Shown here: positions 40,448 to 51,235 of the stretch, piece by piece
Layout: each line of letters opens with the position of its first letter
Numbering within the stretch: position 1 is the first letter of the stretch
Assembly (NCBI GenBank): GCA_964291395.2
Contig: OZ219856.1
Span: forward strand, 448,001-512,000
DNA from: Alphaproteobacteria bacterium
GTDB lineage: Bacteria > Pseudomonadota > Alphaproteobacteria > UBA2966
Reading direction: 5' to 3'
Length of the DNA: 64,000 nucleotides
Program-made: the position numbers and the translations under genes
The notes under the pieces: generated by a model
Databases searched by the model: none
Told to the model about the DNA's origin: nothing
What the model saw: the letters and a program-made list of their open reading frames with translations, nothing else

Positions 40448-41128
40448 TCATGTCGCGCAGGTGAGACCCATTTCCCAAAAGCCCGCTTCCAGTCGGGTGG
40501 CCAGGCGAAAGGTCCTGGCCAGCTTCGGATATCGCGCGTCTGTCAGCCGCTCCCGCCCCAGCTTGTCGAGGTGGTCGCAGGCATCCTGTGCGACGCTCTG
40601 GTAGGCCTCTCCGGCGTATTCCTCGATCCACGGCCTGTACGGGTTTCCCTCCAGGATCGTTTCGGGATCGCCCATGATCTGCCGGGCGATCTCGGCGTAT
40701 CCGACGACACACGGCGACAGCGCAGTGTGCAAGTCGAGGGCGTCGCCCGCCGTTCCCGCCTCGAGAACGAATCGGGTGTAGGCCAGGTTGGCCGGGGCTT
40801 CGGGCGTGCTCTCGAGGTCCTGTGGCGAGAGGCCCCACCCCTCGCAGAACTTCACGTGCAGCGCCATCTCCGTGTCGAGTATGGCCGAGACCGCCGCCGA
40901 GGAATGTCGCATGTCCTCCAGCGTGTCCGCTTTGTACACGCCGAGGGCATAGGCGCGCGCAAAGTCGATCAGGAACAGATAGTCCTGAGCGAGATAGTGA
41001 CGAAAGGACGCTTCGGGCAGCGAGCCGATGGCCAGTTGCCGGACGAACTGATGCCGCGTATAGGCCTCCCATTCGTCCTGAGCGGACTGCTTCAGCCGCT
41101 GAAAAAGTGGTATCTGCGTTTCGGACAT
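40448..41128 (-). CDS. tenA: TenA thiaminase II / aminopyrimidine aminohydrolase
   Basis: YLAQDYLFL, YTRF, PC catalytic Cys, NPYRPWIEEY, LEAGFW. Confidence 0.9.
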   Translation of the reverse strand: MSETQIPLFQRLKQSAQDEWEAYTRHQFVRQLAIGSLPEASFRHYLAQDYLFLIDFARAYALGVYKADTLEDMRHSSAAVSAILDTEMALHVKFCEGWGLSPQDLESTPEAPANLAYTRFVLEAGTAGDALDLHTALSPCVVGYAEIARQIMGDPETILEGNPYRPWIEEYAGEAYQSVAQDACDHLDKLGRERLTDARYPKLARTFRLATRLEAGFWEMGLTCAT

Positions 41129-41310
41129 CTCGCGCTCTCTCGGCTTCCTTTCCTGTCCGGAGGTGCGTCGACGGGGCCGGTTGACCCGCGCCGGTGCCAC
41201 GTCGCGGCGCCGCCGGTCAGTGTCCTTCAATACAGAGGGACTCGCCAGCCTGCCACCAATTTGTTGTAGGCTCCCGTCTGGATTGGAGCGAGGGGTTGGG
41301 AGAGGGAACC

Positions 41311-41739
41311 ATGTCGTATCGAGTCGCAGTCCTGTTGGTGGCTGGATTGTTTCTTTTTTTCGGGAACCAGAACCGCGTGTCGGCGGAGCCCGGGGGTATC
41401 GCCATTGAGCTGAACAAGGCCGAGACCGTACCCTCGGGATGCCGTCTCCATTTCGACGTGCATAACGCCACGGCCTTGGAATTCAAAGTCGTGAGTGCCG
41501 ATCTCGTGTTCTTTGATGCGGAAGGGGTCATGTCCGTGCGGTCGCTGGTCAGCTTCGGCCGGCTACACCCGAACAAGCGTCATTTCTACAGCTGGGAATT
41601 TCCCGACGTGGACTGCGGCAAGGTGAGTCGAATCCTCGTGAACGGCCTTCAGGAATGCCAGCACAACGGCGGTGAGTCGTTCGACTGCGTCACGGCTCTT
41701 TCCACGTCGCACAGGGGCGCAATCGAGCTTGTGAAGTAG
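41311..41739 (+). CDS. Secreted hypothetical protein (IELNK motif, four Cys)
   Basis: RBS, signal peptide, DLVFFD motif. Confidence 0.7.
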   Translation: MSYRVAVLLVAGLFLFFGNQNRVSAEPGGIAIELNKAETVPSGCRLHFDVHNATALEFKVVSADLVFFDAEGVMSVRSLVSFGRLHPNKRHFYSWEFPDVDCGKVSRILVNGLQECQHNGGESFDCVTALSTSHRGAIELVK

Positions 41740-41769
41740 GTTCGCGGCGCCGGCCGCCTCCCGGTTCGG

Positions 41770-42711
41770 CTAATCGATCCCGGCGAACGCCGGGACGTGC
41801 CCGAGATCTTCATCCGCAGCCTGAAGGTTCTTGGCTGCGAAGGCGCGTGGATCGCGCGCCGACCACCTGCCCAGTTCGATGTCGGTGTAGAAGTCGTTCA
41901 GGACCCGATTGAACAACGCCGGTTCTTCGAGGTTGATGCCGTGGCCGCTGTTGGGAATGACGCAGAGAGAGCAGGTGGGGCTCGTCTTTTTCATGAACAC
42001 GCCCGGTGACAGGCACTGCCAGTCCTCGTCGCCCGTCATGACCATCATGGGCACGGACATGTTCCTGAGGTCTTCTTCGTGGTCGATCATGGACGGCCGG
42101 GGGGCGATTACTTCCCGCAGGCTGTGAGCGGAGCCGGTCGGATCGTGCTCGCGGAACTGGCGGTCGAATTCGATCCAGCCGCGGGGATCCTTGTTTGCCT
42201 GTTGGACGCGCGTTGCGCCGATGGTGTAGCGGGTGGCGGCCAGGGAATCCATGCCGTCCCGTTCATAGTCCGTGGCCATGCGGGTGACGTTGTCACGGTG
42301 AATCCGGCCCCATTCGCCTTCGGCGCCATAGCCGCAGCCGACGACCGTGATGGATCTGGCCCGGTTCGGGTGGCGGAGGGCGAAGAACAATGCCGTAAAG
42401 GAGCCCATCGAATAGCCGACGAGGTGCGCCTTCTCGATTCGCAGGTGGTCGAGCACCCTGCCGATGTCCTCCACCGAAATATCGAAGCCGTAGTACTCCG
42501 CTTCCTTGGGGCAGTCGGACGGCGGGAACCCCCGGGCGTTGAAGGTGACGATCCTGAAGCGTCGCGAGAGATAACGGGCCTGATGCTCCCAGCTTCGATA
42601 GTCGCCGCCAAACTCGTGCACAAAGACGATCGGCGCCCCCTCTCCCGTGTCCTCGTAGTAAAGCCTGACGTCCTCCGCCACGGGGACGAATCCGGTTCTG
42701 ATGTCCGACAT
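41770..42711 (-). CDS. Alpha/beta fold hydrolase
   Basis: VHEFGG, GYSMG nucleophile elbow, GDED, SGH. Confidence 0.9.
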   Translation of the reverse strand: MSDIRTGFVPVAEDVRLYYEDTGEGAPIVFVHEFGGDYRSWEHQARYLSRRFRIVTFNARGFPPSDCPKEAEYYGFDISVEDIGRVLDHLRIEKAHLVGYSMGSFTALFFALRHPNRARSITVVGCGYGAEGEWGRIHRDNVTRMATDYERDGMDSLAATRYTIGATRVQQANKDPRGWIEFDRQFREHDPTGSAHSLREVIAPRPSMIDHEEDLRNMSVPMMVMTGDEDWQCLSPGVFMKKTSPTCSLCVIPNSGHGINLEEPALFNRVLNDFYTDIELGRWSARDPRAFAAKNLQAADEDLGHVPAFAGID

Positions 42712-42756
42712 GACTGATCCTCCTGCTCGCGCGGCTTGACTTGGCCGCGCTGGTTC

Positions 42757-43194
42757 CTAATCCGCTCCGGCGAGGAGCCGGTTCAGGGCGATCTTTTCCG
42801 GCTCCGCCATCAGCACGCTTTCAAGCGCCTGTCGCGGGTCCTTGAACGTGAGGGCCAGCGGTTCGTGGGCGGGAACCTTGATTTCGCCCGAACCGGAGAC
42901 CTGAAAGTAGATCGGCGTGTAGTTTCCGCCCGTCCAGGGGCTGAGCAAGGTGCCCGGCGAATGCAAAAGGCGCTCCACCCGCACCTCGAGCGTGGCTTCC
43001 TCCTTGAATTCCCTGATCACGGCATCCTCGGCCGCCTCGCCGTCCTCGACGCGTCCTCCTGGAAACTTCCAGCAGAAGACGTCGCCCACGCATTCGGCCG
43101 CGACGAGCACGAGGCCTTCCCGCATGAGAATTCCGTAAGCGCGGAAATTCTCGGGCTTCCGCCGCCCGGCCGTTTCCGGGTTGGTTTGCTCCAA
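42757..43194 (-). CDS. NUDIX hydrolase (start uncertain)
   Basis: Nudix box GGRVEDGEAAEDAVIREFKEEA. Confidence 0.85.
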   Translation of the reverse strand: MEQTNPETAGRRKPENFRAYGILMREGLVLVAAECVGDVFCWKFPGGRVEDGEAAEDAVIREFKEEATLEVRVERLLHSPGTLLSPWTGGNYTPIYFQVSGSGEIKVPAHEPLALTFKDPRQALESVLMAEPEKIALNRLLAGAD

Positions 43195-43223
43195 GGGAGC
43201 CGAGCCGCGACGGGACGTTGGCC

Positions 43224-43511
43224 CTACTCCAGCCCCTCGACGATGCAAAGGTTGCGGACCGAAGACTTCGCCGAATGCTCGAGAGCCTTCTTGTATTCCG
43301 GCGAGTCGTAGCAGGCGACGGCCTGCTCCAGACTGTCGAACTCAATGACGACGTTGCGTGCGTACTCTTCTCCCTCCAGAGAGACCGTCTTGCCTCCGCG
43401 GGCAAGGAATGTGCCCCCGTATTTCTCGATCGCCGGGCCCGCCAACTCCGCATACTTGCCGTATTCGTCCGGGTCCGTGACGTTGACGCGCGTCATCCAG
43501 TAGGCCGTCAT
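43224..43511 (-). CDS. DUF1330 family protein
   Basis: YGG.FLARGG..LEG..VVIEF.S..A..YDSPEY. Confidence 0.88.
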   Translation of the reverse strand: MTAYWMTRVNVTDPDEYGKYAELAGPAIEKYGGTFLARGGKTVSLEGEEYARNVVIEFDSLEQAVACYDSPEYKKALEHSAKSSVRNLCIVEGLE

Positions 43512-43541
43512 TGTGGATCCTCCCTTTGCCGAGTGCCTGTG

Positions 43542-43961
43542 CTAGACGCCGACGAGATGCAACAGCACCTCGCGGTCTCGAGGCGCCCGGCGGTGTTCGA
43601 ACAAGAACACGCCTTGATACCGGCCGAGCGCCAGCCGTCCGTCGAGAATAGGCACGTTGAGGTGGGTTTGTGTCAACGCGCCCTTGATATGAGCGGGCAT
43701 GTCGTCCGGACCCTCCTCGATATGGCGGTAAAGGTCCTCGTTCTCCGGGACCAGTTGCATCAGAAATCGTTCCAGGTCGTGAAGCACATCCGGGCTCACG
43801 TTCTCCTGGATGACGAGGGATGCCGACGTGTGGCGGATGAAGAGCGTGAGCAGGCCCGAGTCTATGGGCTGGTCGGTCAGCCAGTCTTCGACCTCGTTCG
43901 TGATTTCGAGCAGGCCCTGTTTTTCTGCGCGCAGGATCAGCTGGTGCTGGGACTGTCTCAT
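43542..43961 (-). CDS. yjbQ: YjbQ/UPF0047 secondary thiamine-phosphate synthase family
   Basis: HTSASL..EN..PDV, EGPDDMPAHIK, LGRYQG..EHR. Confidence 0.88.
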   Translation of the reverse strand: MRQSQHQLILRAEKQGLLEITNEVEDWLTDQPIDSGLLTLFIRHTSASLVIQENVSPDVLHDLERFLMQLVPENEDLYRHIEEGPDDMPAHIKGALTQTHLNVPILDGRLALGRYQGVFLFEHRRAPRDREVLLHLVGV

Positions 43962-44103
43962 GTTCACCGTGTGGGGGGTCGAAACGCCCCTCGGCCGCGG
44001 CGTGAGCCCTCGCGGAGAGGGATCGGTGCGCGGCCTCGACCCGCCATCATAAAGACGCGGCTGCCGTTTGGCGACGAAAGGTCAACAAATTCTCCGGCAT
44101 CCT

Positions 44104-44132
44104 CTTGAATGCCGGGAAGGCAAGGTCTATCT
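44104..44132 (+). promoter_or_regulatory. RpoH (sigma32)-type promoter of groESL
   Basis: CTTGAA-N16-TCTATCT. Confidence 0.65.
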
Positions 44133-44134
44133 CT

Positions 44135-44161
44135 CTGGCACTCTCAGAACATGAGTGCTAA
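44135..44161. promoter_or_regulatory. CIRCE element 1 (HrcA operator)
   Basis: CTGGCACTC-N9-GAGTGCTAA. Confidence 0.88.
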
Positions 44162-44166
44162 AAGCT

Positions 44167-44193
44167 TTGGCACTCGATCCTCGAGAGTGCTAA
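44167..44193. promoter_or_regulatory. CIRCE element 2 (HrcA operator)
   Basis: TTGGCACTC-N9-GAGTGCTAA. Confidence 0.9.
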
Positions 44194-44242
44194 GTTCTCG
44201 GGGATTGCACCTGCAGATTTCCGTTAAGTAGGGAGAAAACAC

Positions 44243-44563
44243 ATGAGCTTCAGACCATTGCACGACCGTGTGCTCGTGCGGCGGATAGAGGAAGAGGAAA
44301 AGACCGCCGGCGGCATCATCATCCCGGACACCGCCAAGGAGAAACCGATGGAAGGAGAGATTCTCGCCGTCGGTCCGGGCGCCCGCAACGAGCAGGGCTC
44401 GCTGACCCCGCTCGACGTCAAGACGGGCGACCGCATCCTGTTCGGGAAATGGTCCGGCACCGAAGTCACCATGGACGGCGAGGAACTCATCATCATGAAG
44501 GAATCCGACGTCATGGGCATCATCGAGGACACCAAGTCCAAGTCCAAGAAGAAGGCCGCCTAG
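44243..44563 (+). CDS. groES: Co-chaperonin GroES
   Basis: [23 protein letters not shown]. Confidence 0.98.
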   Translation: MSFRPLHDRVLVRRIEEEEKTAGGIIIPDTAKEKPMEGEILAVGPGARNEQGSLTPLDVKTGDRILFGKWSGTEVTMDGEELIIMKESDVMGIIEDTKSKSKKKAA

Positions 44564-46216
<1,653 letters not shown>

Positions 46217-46250
46217 CCCCTCTCCACGACGGCAACACGAATTCCTTCAT

Positions 46251-46276
46251 GGGGCGCCTTCGGGCGCCCCTTTTTT
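46251..46276 (+). terminator. Rho-independent terminator of groESL
   Basis: GGGGCGCC-TTCG-GGCGCCCC followed by T6. Confidence 0.92.
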
Positions 46277-46313
46277 GTGTGCCGAGCAGGGCCGGCGAGG
46301 CCATTCGGTTGAG

Positions 46314-47573
46314 TTACTTGCGTGTCGTGCGTGCACAGAGCCGCGCCCGTGCTGTGACCAGGCTCGCCAACCGCGAGAGCGCGCGGTGATCCAGGCCGGG
46401 CTGCATCAGTGCGGCTGCGGCTTCTTCCGCCTTTGCCGCGACACTCTCGGTCATCTCGGCGACCCGGCGTCGGACCAGTGGCAGTCCCAGGGTCGCGCCG
46501 GATGCGAATGTCGCCCAGGTTTCGGGGTCCAGTTCCTCGAGCGTTGCGCGCTTGCCTATGCGCATGGCGAGCCTGGGCGAAAGTTCGGGATAGGACACGG
46601 TCGAGAGCAGATCGTAGAGCGGCGCGAGGCGAGGTCCGCTGTCGTGGTACAGGACGGAAAAGTTCTTTCCGTGAGCATCGGCGTTGCCCACGATCAGATT
46701 GAAAATGACGGCATCGAGCAGCTTGAGGACGTCGAGTGCGGGTCGAAGGGAGACGGAGCGGAGAAAGCCGAAGCAGTCCTCCAACGTCGGGCCTCCCTCG
46801 TCCGCGTATTTGAGCTCTGGAGGCACGGCGAGCGCTTGACAGAAGTCTTCCTGGTGGACGCGCCGGATGCCGCCATCGGCGCCGGCCGAGCGGTCGTACC
46901 GCTCGACGAGAAGAAACTCCCGGTTTCCGGTCACGCGGGGTGCGGCCGATGCGGCATCGAGACCGATCTCCGCCGCGAGGCGCATCACGAAGGCTTCGTT
47001 CTCGGTCGTTCCGGGGAACCTTGCGATGGGCGGCTTGAGAATGTGCGTGGTCGGCTGCCCGGACACGGGCAACGCGATCTCGCCGTCGACGAGCACCACG
47101 GGGAGTTTCGATTGGGCGCCGGCGAGCGAGAGCCTGAGCCCCTCGCTGCCGGCAAGCAGCGGGCGCGACGGCAGCGCGTCGAGCACGCCGATCAGGCCTG
47201 CCTCGTCGAGCGCGGTCGGCGGTCGATCGAAGCGGGGAGCTTTCGGAGCTTCTCCAGGGGCCAGGAGCTGAAGCGCGCCCGCGACATCGCCGCCAAGCCG
47301 GTCGAGAAGCGCGAAGTCGTTGCCCCTGGACACGCCGAGAGCGCGCGCCGCCGCGTCGCGCTGGCTGTCTTCCGGCAGCAGGCCCCCGAAGAAGGGGCGG
47401 CACTCGCGTCGGGAGAACGGCTCTGCGCGCTTGGGCAGCGAAGCGGAAAGGGGCCGTGTACTCTGATCGAGGAGCCACTCGTCGGAGTACGCGAAGCCGA
47501 GTTCGCCGTGGCGGTCCTGGGTAAGCCGTCCGACGAGCTTGCCGTCCCACCAGACATGGAGGACACGGTTCAT
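46314..47573 (-). CDS. hipA: HipA family toxin kinase
   Basis: LLPE, SLAGAQSK, HILK, ERYDR, HQEDFCQA, GNADAHGKN, PLYD. Confidence 0.93.
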   Translation of the reverse strand: MNRVLHVWWDGKLVGRLTQDRHGELGFAYSDEWLLDQSTRPLSASLPKRAEPFSRRECRPFFGGLLPEDSQRDAAARALGVSRGNDFALLDRLGGDVAGALQLLAPGEAPKAPRFDRPPTALDEAGLIGVLDALPSRPLLAGSEGLRLSLAGAQSKLPVVLVDGEIALPVSGQPTTHILKPPIARFPGTTENEAFVMRLAAEIGLDAASAAPRVTGNREFLLVERYDRSAGADGGIRRVHQEDFCQALAVPPELKYADEGGPTLEDCFGFLRSVSLRPALDVLKLLDAVIFNLIVGNADAHGKNFSVLYHDSGPRLAPLYDLLSTVSYPELSPRLAMRIGKRATLEELDPETWATFASGATLGLPLVRRRVAEMTESVAAKAEEAAAALMQPGLDHRALSRLASLVTARARLCARTTRK

Positions 47574-47809
47574 CCGTTCTCCGTGACCTCGGGCCGCGGC
47601 GGCAGGATTTCAAAGGAGCAGCCGAGCGCGTGCAGGACTTGAAGCGTCTTACCGATCTGGGCGGTCGCCTTTCCCCGTTCGAGTTCGACGAGGAAGCGCA
47701 GGCCGACGCCGGCGGCGCCGGCGAGTTCGTCCTGCCGCAGCCCGGCAGCCTTGCGGGTGGCGCGGACGATGCGGCCGATTTCGGTGGGTGTGAGTGTTCG
47801 GGCGCGCAT
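47570..47809 (-). CDS. hipB: HipB-like HTH antitoxin
   Basis: GLRQDELA..AGVG.RF..ELERGK.T; overlaps the hipA start. Confidence 0.88.
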   Translation of the reverse strand: MRARTLTPTEIGRIVRATRKAAGLRQDELAGAAGVGLRFLVELERGKATAQIGKTLQVLHALGCSFEILPPRPEVTENG

Positions 47810-47814
47810 GACAT

Positions 47815-47925
47815 TTACCGATCGGGAACATATGTTGGTTTGTCGGTCTTGTCCATCCGAAATTTCCCGAACGGGTAAACTGTCGCGCAGACGTCCTAAT
47901 GCATCGAAACTATCCCGTTCGGGAA
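47815..47925. promoter_or_regulatory. Three palindromic HipB operators
   Basis: TTACCG-AT-CGGGAA (47815), TTCCCG-AA-CGGGTA (47864), ATCCCG-TT-CGGGAA (47912). Confidence 0.75.
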
Positions 47926-48118
47926 AAATCGGGATGCAGCGTTCGTGCGTGGAATTTACCTTGGGGGGGATGGATCGGTGCCGTTGCGGCCGGACGACGG
48001 TACATCGGCCGGGTTCTCGGCCGCAGGGCGGCCGGATGCGCGCGGGAATGGAGGTGGCCGTGACGTCGCGGCGAGGGCGGTTTTGACAGCCTCCGGGCGA
48101 TCTGGCAATAGACCCCAT

Positions 48119-48580
48119 ATGCCTCGGTTCGACTCACGCATTCGCATCGATGCGTCCGCGGCGCGGGTATGGGATGTCTTGTCGGATTTCGGTCGATACG
48201 CCGAATGGAATCCGCTGTTTCCGTCCGCCGAGGGGTCCCTGGCCAACGGGTCCCACCTGAAATTGACGTTGAAGCCGCCCTTCGGACGGCGCGTCGAACT
48301 GCGAGGCCGAATCGTCCGTATGGAGACCGAACGGGAACTCGTCCTCCAAACGCGGGCTCCCGTGCCGGGCCTCTGTCATTGTCGGTCCGAATTCAGGATC
48401 GAGTCCGGGACGGAGGCCGTGCGCCTTTACCACAGCGAGGTCTATGGCGGCGGTCTGCTGTTTTTCATCGCCGGAGAGCGGGGCATGAAAATGCGCGAGG
48501 GATGCTTCGCGCTGAACCTCGCGGTCAAGCGGCGCGCAGAGGACCGGGACTGGAAAATATGGCCGCGGGCGCGCGGCTGA
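48119..48580 (+). CDS. SRPBCC (polyketide cyclase-like) domain protein
   Basis: IDASAARVWDVLSDF..Y.EWNP, N.AVKRRAE. Confidence 0.85.
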   Translation: MPRFDSRIRIDASAARVWDVLSDFGRYAEWNPLFPSAEGSLANGSHLKLTLKPPFGRRVELRGRIVRMETERELVLQTRAPVPGLCHCRSEFRIESGTEAVRLYHSEVYGGGLLFFIAGERGMKMREGCFALNLAVKRRAEDRDWKIWPRARG

Positions 48581-48621
48581 GAGCCGATGAGGGCGTTCCG
48601 CGCGACGGACGACGTCACGGC

Positions 48622-48960
48622 TCAGAACCCCCATTGGGTGAACGTGAGCAATATGAACGCCGATGTGCCGGCGCCGACACCGAGCAGGAGATTTCGCCGT
48701 CCGACGAAGAAAGCCGCCAGCCCGATGCCGACGGCGATGATGCGGTCGTGGAGGGGCGTGGCGGCAAGGTCCCCGAACGGCAGGACGATCATCCGTGACA
48801 TCAGGCCGGCGAGCAGGGCGTAGGTGACGCACGTCATCCACTCGAATACCCGACTTTCAGGGTCGATTCTCGAGGAAAGGGGGACAGCCAGACCCCGCCA
48901 GAAATAGGTGGCGCCGACTGCCGCCAGCAGGAGCATCCATGTGTCGGGGGCGGGCGTCAT
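48622..48960 (-). CDS. AzlD-like membrane protein
   Basis: TYFWR, YALLAGL motifs; ATGA overlap with azlC. Confidence 0.8.
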   Translation of the reverse strand: MTPAPDTWMLLLAAVGATYFWRGLAVPLSSRIDPESRVFEWMTCVTYALLAGLMSRMIVLPFGDLAATPLHDRIIAVGIGLAAFFVGRRNLLLGVGAGTSAFILLTFTQWGF

Positions 48961-49688
48961 GACGACCGCCGCTTCGTCAGCCATCTGTCCGCGATAAAGC
49001 CTGCGCTGCCCGCGACGACGCCGGTGAACAGCATGCCCCAGCCGGGCGCATAGGGATGCACCAGGGGTCCGACGACCGCGCCCGCGATGAGCGCCAGGAT
49101 CACGGCGCGGTTTCGGGAGTCGGCCAGAAGAAGCAACATGAAAAGCGGGTTGACGAGAACCAGCGCCACTGCGAGCGGCCGAGGCAGGGCGCCGGTCAGG
49201 ATGTATCCGAGAGCGGTGCCGGCCAGCGAGATGACGAGAATGGAAAGCGTGAACGCGAGGAAATAGGAGCGGCGCCTGTCAGCGGGGAAGCGGGGGAATA
49301 CGCGGCGGCAATACGCCCAGGACTGCGCCGACAGAAGGTGCGCATAGAGATAAAGCCATCCCGCGCGTTTCAGATCGACGCGCAACAGGGGAAGAAGTGA
49401 CATCACCATCGGCAGAAATCGGGCGTTGGCGAGAGACACGGCGAGGACCAGGGCGGCCACCTCGCTCCCCGTCGCATGCAGCTCGACGAAGACGATTTGC
49501 CCCGGCAAGGCCCAGACACCGATCGTGGAGGCGAGAGCGATGTCCAGTGTGAGCCCGCCTTCACGGGCGAGCGAGCCGAAGGCCGTCATGCTGCAAAGCA
49601 ACACCAACAGCGGCATCCCGATGGCGTCCCGAATGCCGCGCTGAACGGCTTCGAACGTCGAGAGGTTTTCATACGGCACGGTCGACAT
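48957..49688 (-). CDS. AzlC family branched-chain amino acid exporter permease
   Basis: WALPGQ and NARFLPM motifs, hydrophobic; start may be 49712. Confidence 0.82.
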   Translation of the reverse strand: MSTVPYENLSTFEAVQRGIRDAIGMPLLVLLCSMTAFGSLAREGGLTLDIALASTIGVWALPGQIVFVELHATGSEVAALVLAVSLANARFLPMVMSLLPLLRVDLKRAGWLYLYAHLLSAQSWAYCRRVFPRFPADRRRSYFLAFTLSILVISLAGTALGYILTGALPRPLAVALVLVNPLFMLLLLADSRNRAVILALIAGAVVGPLVHPYAPGWGMLFTGVVAGSAGFIADRWLTKRRSS

Positions 49689-49750
49689 CGGCGAGGGTCC
49701 CAACAGCGTCACGCGGCGGTGCTATTCTTGGCGATGAGGAGGGAGAGTAT

Positions 49751-50854
49751 TTGGCCGTCGCCGGACATGCCACCGCCGAGGGAACGTCGCGCTACCGGGC
49801 GCGTCATGGCGAACGGTGCTCCGCCGGGCACTTCACGGAAGCGGACCGGCTCTGGTGGTCCTCGGTCGGGCTCGGGTCCTATCTCGGCGGTGTCGACGAT
49901 CCCACGGACGACCTCGTCATGCGCGCCTTTGCCCGCTGTGTCGCGGGCGGCGTCAACGTCATCGACACGGCGATCAACTATCGCCATCAGCGCGCGGAAC
50001 GGTGCCTCGGCCAGGCGCTGTCGGCGCAGATCGACGCCGGCGTCGTGGCGCGGGACGAAATCATTCTATGCACCAAAGGGGGCTATCTGCCGCATCCCGA
50101 CCGCGCCGACTGGTTTGTAGCGGAGATCGTGAGACCATCTCGAGGCAGGGTTTCGTTGGATGATCTGGTGGGAGGATCGCACTGCATGCACCCCGACTAT
50201 ATCGATGATCAAATCGAGCGGAGCCGTGCGAACCTGGGAGTGGAGACGATCGATCTCTATTACCTGCACAATCCGGAATCCCAGGTCGGTGCGGTTGACG
50301 AGCAGACCTTGCACGAGCGGCTGTCGGCGGCGTTCGAAATCCTCGAGCGTGCGGCGGACGAGGGGCGGATACGCATGTACGGACTCGCGACATGGAGTGC
50401 CTTTCGCGTCCCGGCCGGTCAGCGCGGCCACATGTCGCTCGAGCTGGCGAAGCGGCTGGCGGCGCGGGTGGCGCCGGGCGGGACCGATCGGCTGAGGTTC
50501 GTTCAGCTTCCCCTCAATCCCACCATGCCGGAGGCGTTGACGACCGCTTCGCAGACGGTCGGCGGACATGAGCTGCCTGCGCTTGCCGCCTGCCGGTCCC
50601 TGGGCGTTCACGCGATTGCCAGCCGGTCGGTCGCCAAGGGAGAGATTCGCCTGCCGCCGAAGGTCGTCCGCACGTTGGGTGAAAGTTTGAAGAGTGACGC
50701 ACAACGCTCGCTGCAGTTCGCGCGCAGTGCGCCGGCCGTGGTCTCGGCCCTCGCCGGCATGAAATCCCCGAACTTCGTCGCCGAGAACCTCGGTCTTTGC
50801 GCTGTCGATCCTCTGTCCCCGGCGACGTACGCGAGCCTTCCGGACTACGACTGA
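49751..50854 (+). CDS. Aldo/keto reductase
   Basis: GLGSY, IDTAINY, TKGG, IDLYYLHNP. Confidence 0.88.
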   Translation: MAVAGHATAEGTSRYRARHGERCSAGHFTEADRLWWSSVGLGSYLGGVDDPTDDLVMRAFARCVAGGVNVIDTAINYRHQRAERCLGQALSAQIDAGVVARDEIILCTKGGYLPHPDRADWFVAEIVRPSRGRVSLDDLVGGSHCMHPDYIDDQIERSRANLGVETIDLYYLHNPESQVGAVDEQTLHERLSAAFEILERAADEGRIRMYGLATWSAFRVPAGQRGHMSLELAKRLAARVAPGGTDRLRFVQLPLNPTMPEALTTASQTVGGHELPALAACRSLGVHAIASRSVAKGEIRLPPKVVRTLGESLKSDAQRSLQFARSAPAVVSALAGMKSPNFVAENLGLCAVDPLSPATYASLPDYD

Positions 50855-51235
50855 ACGTCCGCTCGCGGCCGGGGCGCGGCAGTCGGACCGTGCCGCCGAC
50901 GGTGCGTCCCGCACCCGGGGAGGAAAGCACGGGCTGCCTGCGTTCCCTGGCGATTGCTCGCCGTGCATTTTCTCGATACCTTGTGGTCGGCCTGACGAGG
51001 TGGACGGATGGCACGTCGACATACGTGCGCAGTGGAGCCAAAGAAGGCGGAGCTGCCGGAGCCGGTACGCCGGTTGGGGCCGTTCATGTATCGCTGGGCA
51101 CGCTTCGGTTTTACCCCGCCGGATCGTGGCGGTCTCCCCTTTGTCCGGTTGGCGCGGCGACCGGGGCCACCCGCGGGTGTCCCGCGGTCCCTCCAGCGTC
51201 CGATCATCCAGCGCCCAATGAGGAGGTAAGACATC

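Noticed and set aside
41129-41310. TPP riboswitch upstream of tenA
   Set aside because: No CUGAGA / ACCUGA-type consensus seen on the minus strand
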